A stretch of DNA of 63,326 nt, filler included, from an uncultured Methanosarcinales archaeon (GTDB taxonomy: Archaea; Nanobdellota; Nanobdellia; Woesearchaeales; CALCXY01), in assembly GCA_964385185.1 (NCBI GenBank). It is 9 parts of 9 records of this genome, joined end to end, with 100 filler letters (N's around TTAATTAATTAA, not from the genome) between each part and the next. Parts side by side here need not be neighbours in the genome. Positions count along the whole stretch, not along the records: positions 16,765 to 24,924 come from CAYLOA010000040.1; positions 25,025 to 32,107 come from CAYLOA010000041.1; 7 more parts are not named here. The stretch is one strand, 5' to 3'. The notes under the pieces were generated by a model, which was not told the origin of the DNA, did not search any database, and saw nothing but the letters and a program-made list of their open reading frames with translations. Position numbers and translations under genes: made by a program. Below are positions 17,061 through 26,884 of this stretch, in pieces (the stretch's first letter is position 1; every line of letters begins with the position of its first letter).

Positions 17061-19391
17061 TTAACCAAAGTAATTAGGACTTTCTTCTTTCATGAGCTTT
17101 GCTTGAGCACTTGAGAATTGGCCTTTTAATTGTTCATATGTCTCTTTGACTTCTTTTGTTATGCTTGGTCTTACTTTTTCCATTGCATCTTTGAAATTCT
17201 TTGAATTTACTTCTTTTACTTTGTCATCTTTTCGTAAAGCGAGCATTGCAGCTTCTCTGCAAAGTGCTTCTATGTCTGCACCAGCATATCCTTCTGATGT
17301 TTCAGCTAACTCATCGATATTGATATCCTTAGAAAGTGGCATTTTTGCCGTGTGAATTTTGAAAATTTGTTTTCTTGAAGCTTTATCAGGAGCTGGTGCC
17401 AAGATAATTCTGTCAAACCTTCCTGGCCTCATTAAAGCCGTGTCCAGAATATCTGGTCGGTTTGTTGCGCCAATGATAATAACTTCACCTAATTCTTGTA
17501 ATCCATCCATTTCTGTTAATAATTGGTTTACAACTCGTTCTGTTACTTGTGAATCTGATGATGCGCCTCTTCGAGGTGCAATTGCATCAATTTCATCGAA
17601 AAAGATTATTGTAGGAGATGTTTGTCTTGCTTTTTGGAAGATCTTTCTCACCGCTTTTTCTGATTCTCCTACCCATTTACTGAGTAGTTCTGCACCCTTT
17701 ACTGAGATGAAGTTTGCTTCTGATTCATTTGCAACTGCTTTAGCTAGTAATGTTTTACCTGTTCCTGGAGCTCCATAAATTAAAATACCTCTTGGTGGTC
17801 TGATTCCCATTCTCGTGAAATACTCAGGATTCTTTAGAGGCCATTCTACTGCTTCTCTAAGATCTTGTTTAATTTCTTCTAAACCACCGATTTTTTCCCA
17901 TTTTGTGTTGGGGATTTCGATTAACACTTCTCTTAAAGCTGAAGGACGGACTACTTTTAGTGCGTCTTTCATATCCTTTTGTGAAATGAATAATTTTTCT
18001 AAGAGTTCTTTAGGAATAGGTTCCGCTTCCTTTAATTTTAATTCTGGAAGAAGTCTTCGTAATACAATCATGGCGGCTTCTTTTGCTAGTGCTGATACGT
18101 CGGCACCGACAAAACCATGAGTTATTTGAGCAATTTCATTTAATTTTACAATTTGTTCTTTTTGTTCATTATCTTTTAGGTTTTCTTTTGTTTTCAGAGG
18201 CATGTTTCTTGTATGAATCTTTAAAATGTTTAATCGTCCTTCTTTACTTGGTACTCCGATTTCAATTTCACGGTCGAATCTTCCTGGACGTCTTAATGCA
18301 GGGTCTAAGGCGTTGGGAATATTTGAGGCGGCAATCACAACTACCTTTCCTCTTGCATTTAGGCCGTCCATTAATGCTAATAATTGTGCTACGACTCTTC
18401 TTTCTACTTCACCTTGGGATTCTTCACGTTTTGAGGCAATTGCATCAATTTCATCAATGAAGATAATAGCGGGTGAGTTCTTTTCTGCTTCTTCGAATCG
18501 TTTTCTTAAATTTTCTTCTGATTGTCCATAGTATTTTGACATAATCTCTGGACCGTTAATTAAGATGAAGTGTGAATTTGTTTCATTTGCAACTGCTTTA
18601 GCTAGTAATGTTTTACCCGTTCCTGGAGGGCCGTGAAGGAGGACTCCTTTCGGTGGTTCAATGCCTAATCGTTCAAAAATTTCAGGATGTTTTAGTGGAA
18701 GTTCTACCATCTCTCGTACTTTACTAATTTCATCGGTTAATCCTCCGACATCTTCGTAGGATACTTCTGGAACTGACTCTTCTTCTACTAATTCTACTGC
18801 TTCTGGATTGAAAATAACTTCTGTTGATTCAGTTATGACTACGGGTTGTTTTGGTTGTGAGTCTACTACTACGAATTTAAGTCCTGAGAAACCGAATCCC
18901 ATCAAGTTTTCGTCTAATACGTCAAAAATATCATCGAAGAAAGGTGAATGTGATAATGAGGTTCGTCTTTCTGATACTCCTCCTAGTGAGATAATGTCTC
19001 CTTTTACAACAGCTCTTCCTAATAATCCTTGTTTGAAAATGTTGGGTGATGCTTTTATGAATACTCCTTTTCTTGCTGGAGCAATGGTTACTTTTCTCGC
19101 TTCTTTTGCTTCAGCCATTCGTACGGTAATTAATTCACCGATACCTGATTTTGCGTTTCTTCTTTGGATACCATCCATACGGATGATGTTTAAACCAATG
19201 TCTCCAGGGTAAGCTCTGTCTGCGATTGCTACTGATTGTCTTTCTCCTTCTATTTCTATGATATCTCCTGGTTTTATTCCAATGGATTTCATGAATGTAG
19301 AATCAATTCTGACAATACCTTTATTTACGTCGTCTTGTATGGCTTCAGCTACTTTTAGTTTCACTTCTTTTGGTTTTTTTGCTTCTGCCAT
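17061..19391 (-). CDS. cdc48: CDC48/VCP-family AAA+ ATPase
   Basis: N-domain plus two AAA modules ([33 protein letters not shown]), C-terminal YFG HbYX motif. Confidence 0.96.
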   Translation of the reverse strand: MAEAKKPKEVKLKVAEAIQDDVNKGIVRIDSTFMKSIGIKPGDIIEIEGERQSVAIADRAYPGDIGLNIIRMDGIQRRNAKSGIGELITVRMAEAKEARKVTIAPARKGVFIKASPNIFKQGLLGRAVVKGDIISLGGVSERRTSLSHSPFFDDIFDVLDENLMGFGFSGLKFVVVDSQPKQPVVITESTEVIFNPEAVELVEEESVPEVSYEDVGGLTDEISKVREMVELPLKHPEIFERLGIEPPKGVLLHGPPGTGKTLLAKAVANETNSHFILINGPEIMSKYYGQSEENLRKRFEEAEKNSPAIIFIDEIDAIASKREESQGEVERRVVAQLLALMDGLNARGKVVVIAASNIPNALDPALRRPGRFDREIEIGVPSKEGRLNILKIHTRNMPLKTKENLKDNEQKEQIVKLNEIAQITHGFVGADVSALAKEAAMIVLRRLLPELKLKEAEPIPKELLEKLFISQKDMKDALKVVRPSALREVLIEIPNTKWEKIGGLEEIKQDLREAVEWPLKNPEYFTRMGIRPPRGILIYGAPGTGKTLLAKAVANESEANFISVKGAELLSKWVGESEKAVRKIFQKARQTSPTIIFFDEIDAIAPRRGASSDSQVTERVVNQLLTEMDGLQELGEVIIIGATNRPDILDTALMRPGRFDRIILAPAPDKASRKQIFKIHTAKMPLSKDINIDELAETSEGYAGADIEALCREAAMLALRKDDKVKEVNSKNFKDAMEKVRPSITKEVKETYEQLKGQFSSAQAKLMKEESPNYFG

Positions 19392-19449
19392 TTTAAATTG
19401 GAGAATTCAAGTGTTTATAAAGATTTCACCTGTAGAGAAGGTATTTAGT

Positions 19450-19884
19450 TTATCCGATGTATTCTGCTTCCTTGCCTTGCTTTGGATTTATTCTTGGCAT
19501 AGGAATAGGTGGTGGTAAGTTTATTTCTTTAGTTAGAATTAATGATTGAATGTTACATTTAGTTAGAATGTGATTTAGAATAGGAGTCATAACGTCTGTT
19601 GGAAGTTGTTTTGATTTTTTCCATTCAGCTAAGATTTCTTTTGTCTTTTTTTCGTCTTCAATATTGACTAATTCTCCTATTAGGTTAACTTCTCCTATAG
19701 CAGGTGTGTATTTTGATGTGAAATTAAACTCCATTTTTACTGCAGCTTCTTTTCCTTTTCCTAAGGATAATTTAGTTTCTTTAACATCTTTAATAGAAAT
19801 ATTATTAGCTATGTTTACTTTGCCTTTTACAAAGTCCTTTCTCTCTACTGTCATTTTTGTGAATGAAAATCCTACAATTGCCAT
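19450..19884 (-). CDS. Conserved archaeal hypothetical protein
   Basis: MAIVGFSFTK...GELV...NLPPPIPMP, recalled as an archaeal family; C-terminal YIG. Confidence 0.7.
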   Translation of the reverse strand: MAIVGFSFTKMTVERKDFVKGKVNIANNISIKDVKETKLSLGKGKEAAVKMEFNFTSKYTPAIGEVNLIGELVNIEDEKKTKEILAEWKKSKQLPTDVMTPILNHILTKCNIQSLILTKEINLPPPIPMPRINPKQGKEAEYIG

Positions 19885-20044
19885 ATTTAATGGGGGGCAT
19901 AGGTAGTTTATAAAGTTATTGAAAATCCCTTGATGAGATTTTCAATCCCTCAAAGTCGCTTACATATTGCTGTATTTATGGAATGAATGGAAATTTGCGA
20001 CTTTGAGTTATTGGATTAATTTTATTATGATTTTTGTTACTTTT

Positions 20045-20135
20045 GCATTTCTGGACTGTGCCTTTATGTTTCAGGTTAATGGCCTGAAACATAGATAGGC
20101 AGGCTCACTGTGTGAGCCACAAGGTCCAGAGATGC
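20045..20135 (+). repeat. Structured intergenic element B (three-way junction)
   Basis: P1 GCATTTCTGGAC/GTCCAGAGATGC; P2 GCCT..TATGTTTCAGG/CCTGAAACATA..AGGC; P3 region (20100-20120) identical to 13182-13202. Confidence 0.8.
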
Positions 20136-20176
20136 TACTGCGTAAGATTTTTAAGCTGTCAATGATTTCTAAGATT

Positions 20177-20884
20177 ATGAAAACTGAATTACTCTATTTG
20201 AAGGATTCTTATATGAAGGAGTTTGAGGCTACTGTGGTTAGTTCTAATGGTAAATTTGTTGTATTAGATAAATCGGCTTTTTATTATACTTCTGGAGGGC
20301 AGCCTTGTGATTTTGGTACGATGACTTGTGATGGTGTGGATTATAAGGTTGTGTTTGGGGGTAAGTTTGATGGCGAGATTTCGTATGAAGTTGATAAAGA
20401 AGGTTTGAAAGAGGGAGATACTGTTAACTGTGTTATTGACTGGGAAAGAAGGTATAAGTTGATGAGGATGCATACTGCTGCCCATATTGTTGCTGGTGCT
20501 GTGCACAATACTACTGGAGCTTTAATTACTGGCGGTCAATTAGATGTTGAAAAGAGCAAGATGGATTTTTCTTTGGAAGATTTTGATAGGGATTTAATCG
20601 ATAAGTGTATGGTGTTAGCCAATGAGATTGTTGAAAAAGATTTAGTGATTGGAATTGATTTTAAAGATCGTGAAGAAGCTGATAAGATGCCACAGCTTTC
20701 AAAGTTGGCTAAAGGATTACCTGCTGAGATTAAGATTGTTAGGATATTGAGTGTTGGAGATTTCGATGTCCAAGCTGATGGTGGGACGCATGTTAAAAGC
20801 ACTAAAGAAGTGGGTAAGATTTCTTTAATTAAATGTGACAATAAGGGTAGTGGAAGAAGACGGATTTATTTTAGTGTTGAGTAG
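20177..20884 (+). CDS. alaXM: Alanyl-tRNA editing protein AlaX-M
   Basis: TELLYLKDSY, FYYTSGGQPCDFG, RMHTAAH, QADGGTHV. Confidence 0.9.
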   Translation: MKTELLYLKDSYMKEFEATVVSSNGKFVVLDKSAFYYTSGGQPCDFGTMTCDGVDYKVVFGGKFDGEISYEVDKEGLKEGDTVNCVIDWERRYKLMRMHTAAHIVAGAVHNTTGALITGGQLDVEKSKMDFSLEDFDRDLIDKCMVLANEIVEKDLVIGIDFKDREEADKMPQLSKLAKGLPAEIKIVRILSVGDFDVQADGGTHVKSTKEVGKISLIKCDNKGSGRRRIYFSVE

Positions 20885-20931
20885 TTCATTTTGTAGCTAA
20901 TTTTATATATGGATAAAGAATATAGATTACT

Positions 20932-21063
20932 ATGGTAGCACCTAATCAGATTGATGAAAAATTGTCAGAAGAAACTCAAAAAGATATAGCTGAAGCCAGA
21001 AAGGAATATTCAAAAGGGAATGTTTCTACCCTTGAGGAAGTTGAAAAAAAGGCTGGCTTGTAG
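20932..21063 (+). CDS. Small RelB-like antitoxin-type protein (43 aa, not in ORF track)
   Basis: MVAPNQIDEKLSEETQKDIAEARKEYSKGNVSTLEEVEKKAGL resembles C-terminal halves of archaeal antitoxins. Confidence 0.55.
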   Translation: MVAPNQIDEKLSEETQKDIAEARKEYSKGNVSTLEEVEKKAGL

Positions 21064-21153
21064 ATTTTGATTATTTTTAATTTTGATTAAACTCACATTA
21101 TGTAATAGGTAAAGTTTTTATATTTCAATTCTACAGGATAGTTGGTGATTATT

Positions 21154-21342
21154 ATGGAAACAAAACAATTATTACAGATAAACATGGCCGTATTCGGTAT
21201 TGTTGCTTTACTTCATTTTTGGAGAGCAATTAGTGGATTAGAGCTGAATATAGGTGCTTTTGCCTTACCTGTTTGGGCAAGTTATGTAGCTTTTGTCTTT
21301 GTTGGCTGGTTGGCTTATGTTAATAAAAAAGCAACTGCTTAG
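21154..21342 (+). CDS. Small two-TM protein
   Basis: VFGIVALLHFWR...PVWASY pattern; GGTG SD. Confidence 0.7.
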   Translation: METKQLLQINMAVFGIVALLHFWRAISGLELNIGAFALPVWASYVAFVFVGWLAYVNKKATA

Positions 21343-21447
21343 GCACAAAAATAGAAGCATTTAAAAGGGAATCATGGTTTCTATATGTATCGGAACATGT
21401 ATATTGTATGTCCGAAGATAGTAAACAACATGTAGGGGGTAAGCACA

Positions 21448-21654
21448 ATGAATGGTACAGTAAAATTTTTCGATTCAGAAAAACAATTTGGTTTTATTAC
21501 TGCTGAAGATGGAAAAGATGTTTTTGTTCACCAAACTGCTTTAGAAGAAGGCGTTACTTTGCAAGAAAATGACGCAGTTTCTTTTGATGTAGAAGATGGC
21601 GACAGAGGCCCAAAAGCAGTTAATGTAAAAAAAACTAGTCAAGCTGAAGAATAA
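21448..21654 (+). CDS. cspA: Cold-shock protein
   Basis: GTVKFF, RNP1 QFGFI, RNP2 VFVH, GPKAVNV. Confidence 0.93.
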   Translation: MNGTVKFFDSEKQFGFITAEDGKDVFVHQTALEEGVTLQENDAVSFDVEDGDRGPKAVNVKKTSQAEE

Positions 21655-21749
21655 GTTTCTTTAGATTAACAACAGTAAAATTTCTTCTTTTTTATGTTTA
21701 TTTTTTTCTCAATAGTAAGTATTAAATTGTAAATAGTTAATATTTGTGT

Positions 21750-22160
21750 ATGCGTATTAGAAAAGCTAGAGCTAAGGATATATCTCAGTGTGTTGCTTTG
21801 AGTAATATTACTGAGTTTAAGATGCCTTCAGGAGAGGTTCCTGATGCTAAGGGATTTCGTCAGAGTTTGGGTAATTTATTTTTAGTGGCTGAGATTGATT
21901 CTAAAGTTGTAGGGTTAATACTAGGATATTCTCTTACTAAAGATGTTGTGTATTTGGATTTACTCACTGTTCATGCAGATTTTCGGGGAGAGAAGATTGG
22001 ACAACATTTGATTAAGGCCTTTCGGGATCAATTGAAGAAACTGAAATATAAAGAGTATTTTTTAATTGCTCCTACTTTTAATAAGAAGACGCTTGAATTT
22101 TACATGAAAAATGGTTTGAAGAAAGGTAAAGAGTATACTTTATTTTCTGACAAGGTATAA
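21750..22160 (+). CDS. GNAT acetyltransferase
   Basis: LTVHADFRGEKIGQHL motif A; FYMKNGL. Confidence 0.85.
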   Translation: MRIRKARAKDISQCVALSNITEFKMPSGEVPDAKGFRQSLGNLFLVAEIDSKVVGLILGYSLTKDVVYLDLLTVHADFRGEKIGQHLIKAFRDQLKKLKYKEYFLIAPTFNKKTLEFYMKNGLKKGKEYTLFSDKV

Positions 22161-22207
22161 TTAAATTCAGAACATTTAAATCTCTTTTATCATTACTTAA
22201 TTTCTAG

Positions 22208-22483
22208 ATGAATACACAAAGCACTTTAGGGAGGCAAACGCTTGATGATTTTTTGCTTGGAATGACATTAGGTATGGTAATGGATACATTTATTCCGAAG
22301 GAAACTGACGGCACCTATCTCAATACTTTCACAGATGGAGTACAATTATCATTAATACTTCAATGGTTTCCATATTCTTCTCATGCTGAAAGAGCTGCCC
22401 GAAGTATATCTGTATGTACTGGAGCAATTGTTGGTCAAACTCTCTATCGAGTTGGGAAACTCTATGTGACTGGAATCATATAG
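22208..22483 (+). CDS. Hypothetical protein
   Basis: 91-aa ORF after a TATA-like box; no motif recognised. Confidence 0.5.
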   Translation: MNTQSTLGRQTLDDFLLGMTLGMVMDTFIPKETDGTYLNTFTDGVQLSLILQWFPYSSHAERAARSISVCTGAIVGQTLYRVGKLYVTGII

Positions 22484-22518
22484 TCAACTATAAATACTAG
22501 ATTTGTTTCTTTAGTGTT

Positions 22519-23286
22519 ATGTTTATTGATGCACATTGTCATTTAGATCATCCTTACTTTGAGGATAAGATAAAAGATGTAGTGTTACGTGCAGAGAAAG
22601 CTTCAGTGAGTAAGATTCTTACTAATGGTGTAGATCCTATGACCAATAGATTGGCTCTTGGTTATTCTGAACAGTTTAAACCCGTTGAATGTTGTCTAGG
22701 GATATTTCCCCCTGATAATATGAAGCTTGAGGCTGAGAGATTGGGTCGTCATTATGAAGACTTTTCTGTTGATGATGAGATTAAATGGATTTCTAAGCAG
22801 AAATTTGTGGCTGTTGGAGAGGTAGGGATGGACTTTAAGGGTGAACATGATGCAGGAATGCAGGAAGAAGTGTTTGTTAAGATGATTAAGATGGCTCAAA
22901 AGTTAGATAAGCCTGTTATTGTGCATAGTCGTAAGGCAGAGAAAGCATGTATTGAATTACTTGAGAAGTTGGAGTGTAAAAAGGTAGTTATGCATTGTTT
23001 TTCTGGGAAGAAGAATTTAGTTAAGCAGATTGCTGAGAATAAATGGATGATGACTGTTCCTACTTGTGTTGTTCGTTCTGAACAATTTCAATCATTAGTT
23101 CGTAATGTTGATATAAATCAATTATTATGTGAGACTGATGCTCCGTTTTTAACACCTTATCCTGGAAAGCAGAATGAGCCAGCTTTTGTTGTTGAAGCGT
23201 ATGAGAAGATTGCTGAGCTTAAGGGAATGGTTGTTGAAGAAGTTAAAAAGAATGTGTTTGTTAATTTTGGAAAGTTTTTTGGATAA
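22519..23286 (+). CDS. tatD: TatD-family nuclease
   Basis: IDAHCHLD, AVGEVGMD, VHSRKA, MHCFSG, ETDAPF. Confidence 0.93.
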   Translation: MFIDAHCHLDHPYFEDKIKDVVLRAEKASVSKILTNGVDPMTNRLALGYSEQFKPVECCLGIFPPDNMKLEAERLGRHYEDFSVDDEIKWISKQKFVAVGEVGMDFKGEHDAGMQEEVFVKMIKMAQKLDKPVIVHSRKAEKACIELLEKLECKKVVMHCFSGKKNLVKQIAENKWMMTVPTCVVRSEQFQSLVRNVDINQLLCETDAPFLTPYPGKQNEPAFVVEAYEKIAELKGMVVEEVKKNVFVNFGKFFG

Positions 23287-23297
23287 GATTTTGTGTA

Positions 23298-23337
23298 CCC
23301 TTTTTCTCCCCCTACATGGTAAGAGGGAGAAAAAGGG
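23298..23337. terminator. Hairpin directly downstream of tatD
   Basis: CCCTTTTTCTCCC...GGGAGAAAAAGGG 13-bp inverted repeat. Confidence 0.45.
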
Positions 23338-23416
23338 AAAGTGTTCTTTTGTTGAATGAAGTGAGGACCGCACTTAAGAAAAGTATTTATAGGGGCGAAT
23401 CTAGTAAAGAGGTAAT

Positions 23417-23797
23417 ATGAAGATAACCATCGACACTACAAAGGATTCTCATACAGAAATTAAGAAAGTTGTTAAGTTGCTGAATCATTTAGTTGGAGAG
23501 GAAGAGATTGTGAGTAATTCTGCTGATATGTTTTCTAGTGGTGAGGCAGCTGAAACTGTAGAGCCTCAGGAGAGTCCTGTTCATCCAGATGATGGGAGTA
23601 CAGATGATGGAGATCAAGGTGGATTGTTTAATATGTTTGGAGATTCTCCTGAAACTGTGAAGGCAGATGAAGAAGAACTTCCTGAGCTTAAAGATGACGA
23701 GCCTGCAGAGGAAACTCCAGAGATAGCTGAGGATGTAGATGAAGATAGTGAAACTCCAGAAGAGAAGGTAGATGTAGAGATAGTTCCTTATGATTAG
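23417..23797 (+). CDS. Hypothetical acidic protein
   Basis: GAGGT SD; ordered-looking N-terminus (MKITIDT) and acidic disordered tail. Confidence 0.75.
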   Translation: MKITIDTTKDSHTEIKKVVKLLNHLVGEEEIVSNSADMFSSGEAAETVEPQESPVHPDDGSTDDGDQGGLFNMFGDSPETVKADEEELPELKDDEPAEETPEIAEDVDEDSETPEEKVDVEIVPYD

Positions 23798-24435
23798 TTC
23801 TTGTGGCAGAGTAAGAAGCATGCGCAAACGAAATTTTTATTAGTTGGTTGATCGTCGAGATATGAGGCAGTAACCCTATTATTATTAGTATCGTTTAAAC
23901 AGTTGCAATAACTATATCGGTCATTAGTTCCTGCATTATGTTTAGCAACTCCCCAATTTACTAAAGTTGTTCCTGCTGAACAGTTCTTGGATTTTCTTGT
24001 AGATTGTCCTACACCAGTATATTTAACATCATGGGTGGCTACTATTTGTTCTCTGACAAACTGTGATGCTCCGATGTTATTTGCTTTTATATTTCCATCT
24101 ACATGGAGTTTAGCTGAGGGAATGGTACCAATGCCTACATCGCCCATAGCAGTAATTCTAACTTTTTCCATCATGTATTTGAAAGTTAAGTCATTATTAG
24201 ATTCTTCTTGGATATCCCAGGAGATATTGTTTTTTCCTGTGTCTGCTAGGCGAAGGATACCTAACTCAGCTGTTCCGGAAACAGATAGACTCGGAATTTG
24301 ACTGTTAAAATCAATCTGAGAAACATCATGACCATTAAGAGGGGTAAGAGCAAAAACAGTTAAGCTAATTGTAATTATTAGTAATATGGTTAGAAGTAGG
24401 TAAAATACCTTATTATTTAGCTGGATTGTGACCAT
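23794..24435 (-). CDS. Secreted/surface protein with fibre-like VGIGT repeat and Cys-rich C-terminus
   Basis: Signal peptide; RITAMGDVGIGTIPSAKLHVDGNI motif typical of trimeric fibre/adhesin proteins. Confidence 0.65.
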   Translation of the reverse strand: MVTIQLNNKVFYLLLTILLIITISLTVFALTPLNGHDVSQIDFNSQIPSLSVSGTAELGILRLADTGKNNISWDIQEESNNDLTFKYMMEKVRITAMGDVGIGTIPSAKLHVDGNIKANNIGASQFVREQIVATHDVKYTGVGQSTRKSKNCSAGTTLVNWGVAKHNAGTNDRYSYCNCLNDTNNNRVTASYLDDQPTNKNFVCACFLLCHKN

Positions 24436-24496
24436 ATGTCTATTTTGGTCATTATTATATATAAAGCTTTTTAAAGTCCCCAAGGATTGTAGTAGT

Positions 24497-24907
24497 ATGA
24501 AATATGAATACTTTGATCATACCGCTGATGCGCAGTTTCGAGCTTATGGTAAAGATCTAAAAGAAGCGTTTTGTCATGCAGCTGAAGCTATGTATGGAGT
24601 TATGGTTGATCCTTCAAGTATTGAGGAGAAAGTTAAAAGAGAGGTTGTTGCAAAAGGGGAAGATGATAAGAGTTTATTATATGATTTCTTGGAACAGTTA
24701 GTTGTGTTATTGAATGAGGGTTTTTTATTACATCATGTTAGTAAGTTGGAGATGAAAAACGGCAAGTCTTTAAAGGCTACCGTAGTTGGAGATATGATAG
24801 ATGAGAAATATGATGTTAATTCAGAGGTTAAGGCAATAACCTATCATGATATGGAAGTTAAGAAATTAAAGGGTAAGTGGATGATACAAGTTATTGTGGA
24901 TATATGA
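24497..24907 (+). CDS. Archease
   Basis: YEYFDHTAD, EVKAITYH, terminal VDI. Confidence 0.93.
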   Translation: MKYEYFDHTADAQFRAYGKDLKEAFCHAAEAMYGVMVDPSSIEEKVKREVVAKGEDDKSLLYDFLEQLVVLLNEGFLLHHVSKLEMKNGKSLKATVVGDMIDEKYDVNSEVKAITYHDMEVKKLKGKWMIQVIVDI

Positions 24908-24924
24908 AGTTTTTTAGTTTTTTT

Positions 24925-25024
24925 NNNNNNNNNNNNNNNNNNNNNNNNNNNNNNNNNNNNNNNNNNNNTTAATTAATTAANNNNNNNNNNNNNNNNNNNN
25001 NNNNNNNNNNNNNNNNNNNNNNNN
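24925..25024. other. Artificial contig linker
   Basis: N44-TTAATTAATTAA-N44. Confidence 0.98.
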
Positions 25025-25308
25025 AACTTCATCTGGGCAATTTCAAGAGCTATAGTTAAACTAATTCTCCAGTCTAAACTCCCATATTGTTTCTCTAATT
25101 CAAAAATCCGTTCCTTAACACCAGATCCTACAATCTGGGGTGCTACAATACTAATAAGACCTTCAACTCGTTGAGCCATACTAGTAACAAGAGGCATCTC
25201 TACAATTAACTCAGGATCGAATCCTTTTTTTCGAGCTTTCTCAGCTACCTCATAAAGCCTAGCTAACTCTTTATGTAAATTTTCTTCATAACTTTTTTTA
25301 GTCTCCAA
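25025..25308 (-). CDS. polC: DNA polymerase D large subunit DP2, N-terminal part (cut by contig end)
   Basis: YEVAEKARKKGFDP..VEMPL..SMAQRVEGL; directly follows DP1. Confidence 0.9.
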
Positions 25309-26839
25309 AACGTAACACCTTCACTTCTCTTGTTTTTAAATTGACGAGTGGTACTCTTGATGGCTCAGGATGGTGTCCCAACTTCTCTTGAAAAGTAGTA
25401 GTAGATTGCCAACAACTACCACAAATTAAAGTAATATTTCGATAATGACTCACACTTGTTTTATGAATATGTCCAGTAATAAAAAAATCTGGAATTTTAT
25501 CAATCACAAGATTGTCTTTCTCACTATCAGCTACATAGAGGGTAGAAGTATGGCTAGGACCAAGATGTCTTTTCTTAAGAAGAAATTTCATGATCAAATC
25601 TGCTCGATCATAACCCCCACTATTCCTAATACTATCTACATTGGCAACATAATAGTCAAAACTATATCCATGATACATTAATACATCAAAGCCGGGAAAT
25701 ATAGGAGTCTCCCCAATCCGAACATAGGAAGGATTACTCACCATAGTAACATTAGGTAAATCCCAAATAGATTTTGCATAATCTGGGGATAAAACAGGTT
25801 GGGGTTCAGATAATCTCATAGCATCGTGATTTCCTCCACAAATGATAAGAGGAATTCGTTCAGGGATTTGTTTTAAAAGTTCTGCACAGGCTTCATATTG
25901 TTTATAGATATCCTTAATTTCTAATTCTGTATCTTGATTTGGATAAATACCTACCCCATCAACTAAATCTCCTGCTATGAAAATATATTTAACCTTCGCA
26001 GCCAAATCTTTTTGTTTTTGACTACCTGATTCTTGATTAATCCACTTTAAGAATTTTTTAAAATCGTCTCCTAAAAAATAGGTTGAACCTACATGAATAT
26101 CAGACAGAAATATAACATATTCTTCCTCTGGCCCTTTTTTTAATCCACTATTAAGAGGAACATCTGGTTGAATTAATTCATTAGCAAATATCATTCCATC
26201 TTTATGACTGCCACAGACTCCCAATACTTCGTCAACCACTATCATCTTTCCTTCTTCAAATAAATCATTTTTACTTTTAGTAATAAGTACCTTAACCGTT
26301 CCGGTAGGATCTTCAATAGTCAAAATAAGATGTCCATTTTTAGTAGTTTCCACAGATTGAACAAGCCCAATCACACTAATAACTCCAGGATCACGTTTAT
26401 TAGCTAATTTGCTAATACTCATTAATTTAGTCATCTCCGGACGATGAGCTAACATACCCTCTAAAGCATTATACCGATGTAAAAAATAAGATATAAAATT
26501 CTGTACTGTGGGTTTTACCCCTTTATCTTGATACGAAAATAACACTTGAACAGGTTTAAATTGAGAGGTAATGTCCATTGTAGAAGTTCGCTTTCCTTTT
26601 TCTTTCTCTGCCAATTGACTCTCAAAATCTTTCCAATTAATATTTTCAGCTAAATCGTCCTTTGCCAAAGATACTTCATTATTAATAATCATTAAATTAT
26701 TTTTTTTACATAATTCTTCTAGAACTTCAAAATTCTCTCCCTTAATGGCTTCCAAAATATCAGGGGTAAGTAAAACACCTTGATCTAGAAAATGCTGTAC
26801 CATCTCCTTTTTTGTTAATGTTTCCATTGTTTCAACCAC
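25298..26839 (-). CDS. polB: DNA polymerase D small subunit DP1
   Basis: OB fold plus phosphoesterase motifs SDIHVGS, GDLVDG, GNHDA, YHG, GHIH. Confidence 0.95.
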   Translation of the reverse strand: MVETMETLTKKEMVQHFLDQGVLLTPDILEAIKGENFEVLEELCKKNNLMIINNEVSLAKDDLAENINWKDFESQLAEKEKGKRTSTMDITSQFKPVQVLFSYQDKGVKPTVQNFISYFLHRYNALEGMLAHRPEMTKLMSISKLANKRDPGVISVIGLVQSVETTKNGHLILTIEDPTGTVKVLITKSKNDLFEEGKMIVVDEVLGVCGSHKDGMIFANELIQPDVPLNSGLKKGPEEEYVIFLSDIHVGSTYFLGDDFKKFLKWINQESGSQKQKDLAAKVKYIFIAGDLVDGVGIYPNQDTELEIKDIYKQYEACAELLKQIPERIPLIICGGNHDAMRLSEPQPVLSPDYAKSIWDLPNVTMVSNPSYVRIGETPIFPGFDVLMYHGYSFDYYVANVDSIRNSGGYDRADLIMKFLLKKRHLGPSHTSTLYVADSEKDNLVIDKIPDFFITGHIHKTSVSHYRNITLICGSCWQSTTTFQEKLGHHPEPSRVPLVNLKTREVKVLRFGD

Positions 26840-26884
26840 ATATCTGTTACTATTGCTATATCAATCCATTCATAATATAATCAC

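Noticed and set aside
20760..20800. AlaX zinc motif reading DGGTH instead of CGGTH as inactivation
   Set aside because: From recall, QADGGTH is a common natural variant in AlaX-M proteins, so it is not treated as unusual.
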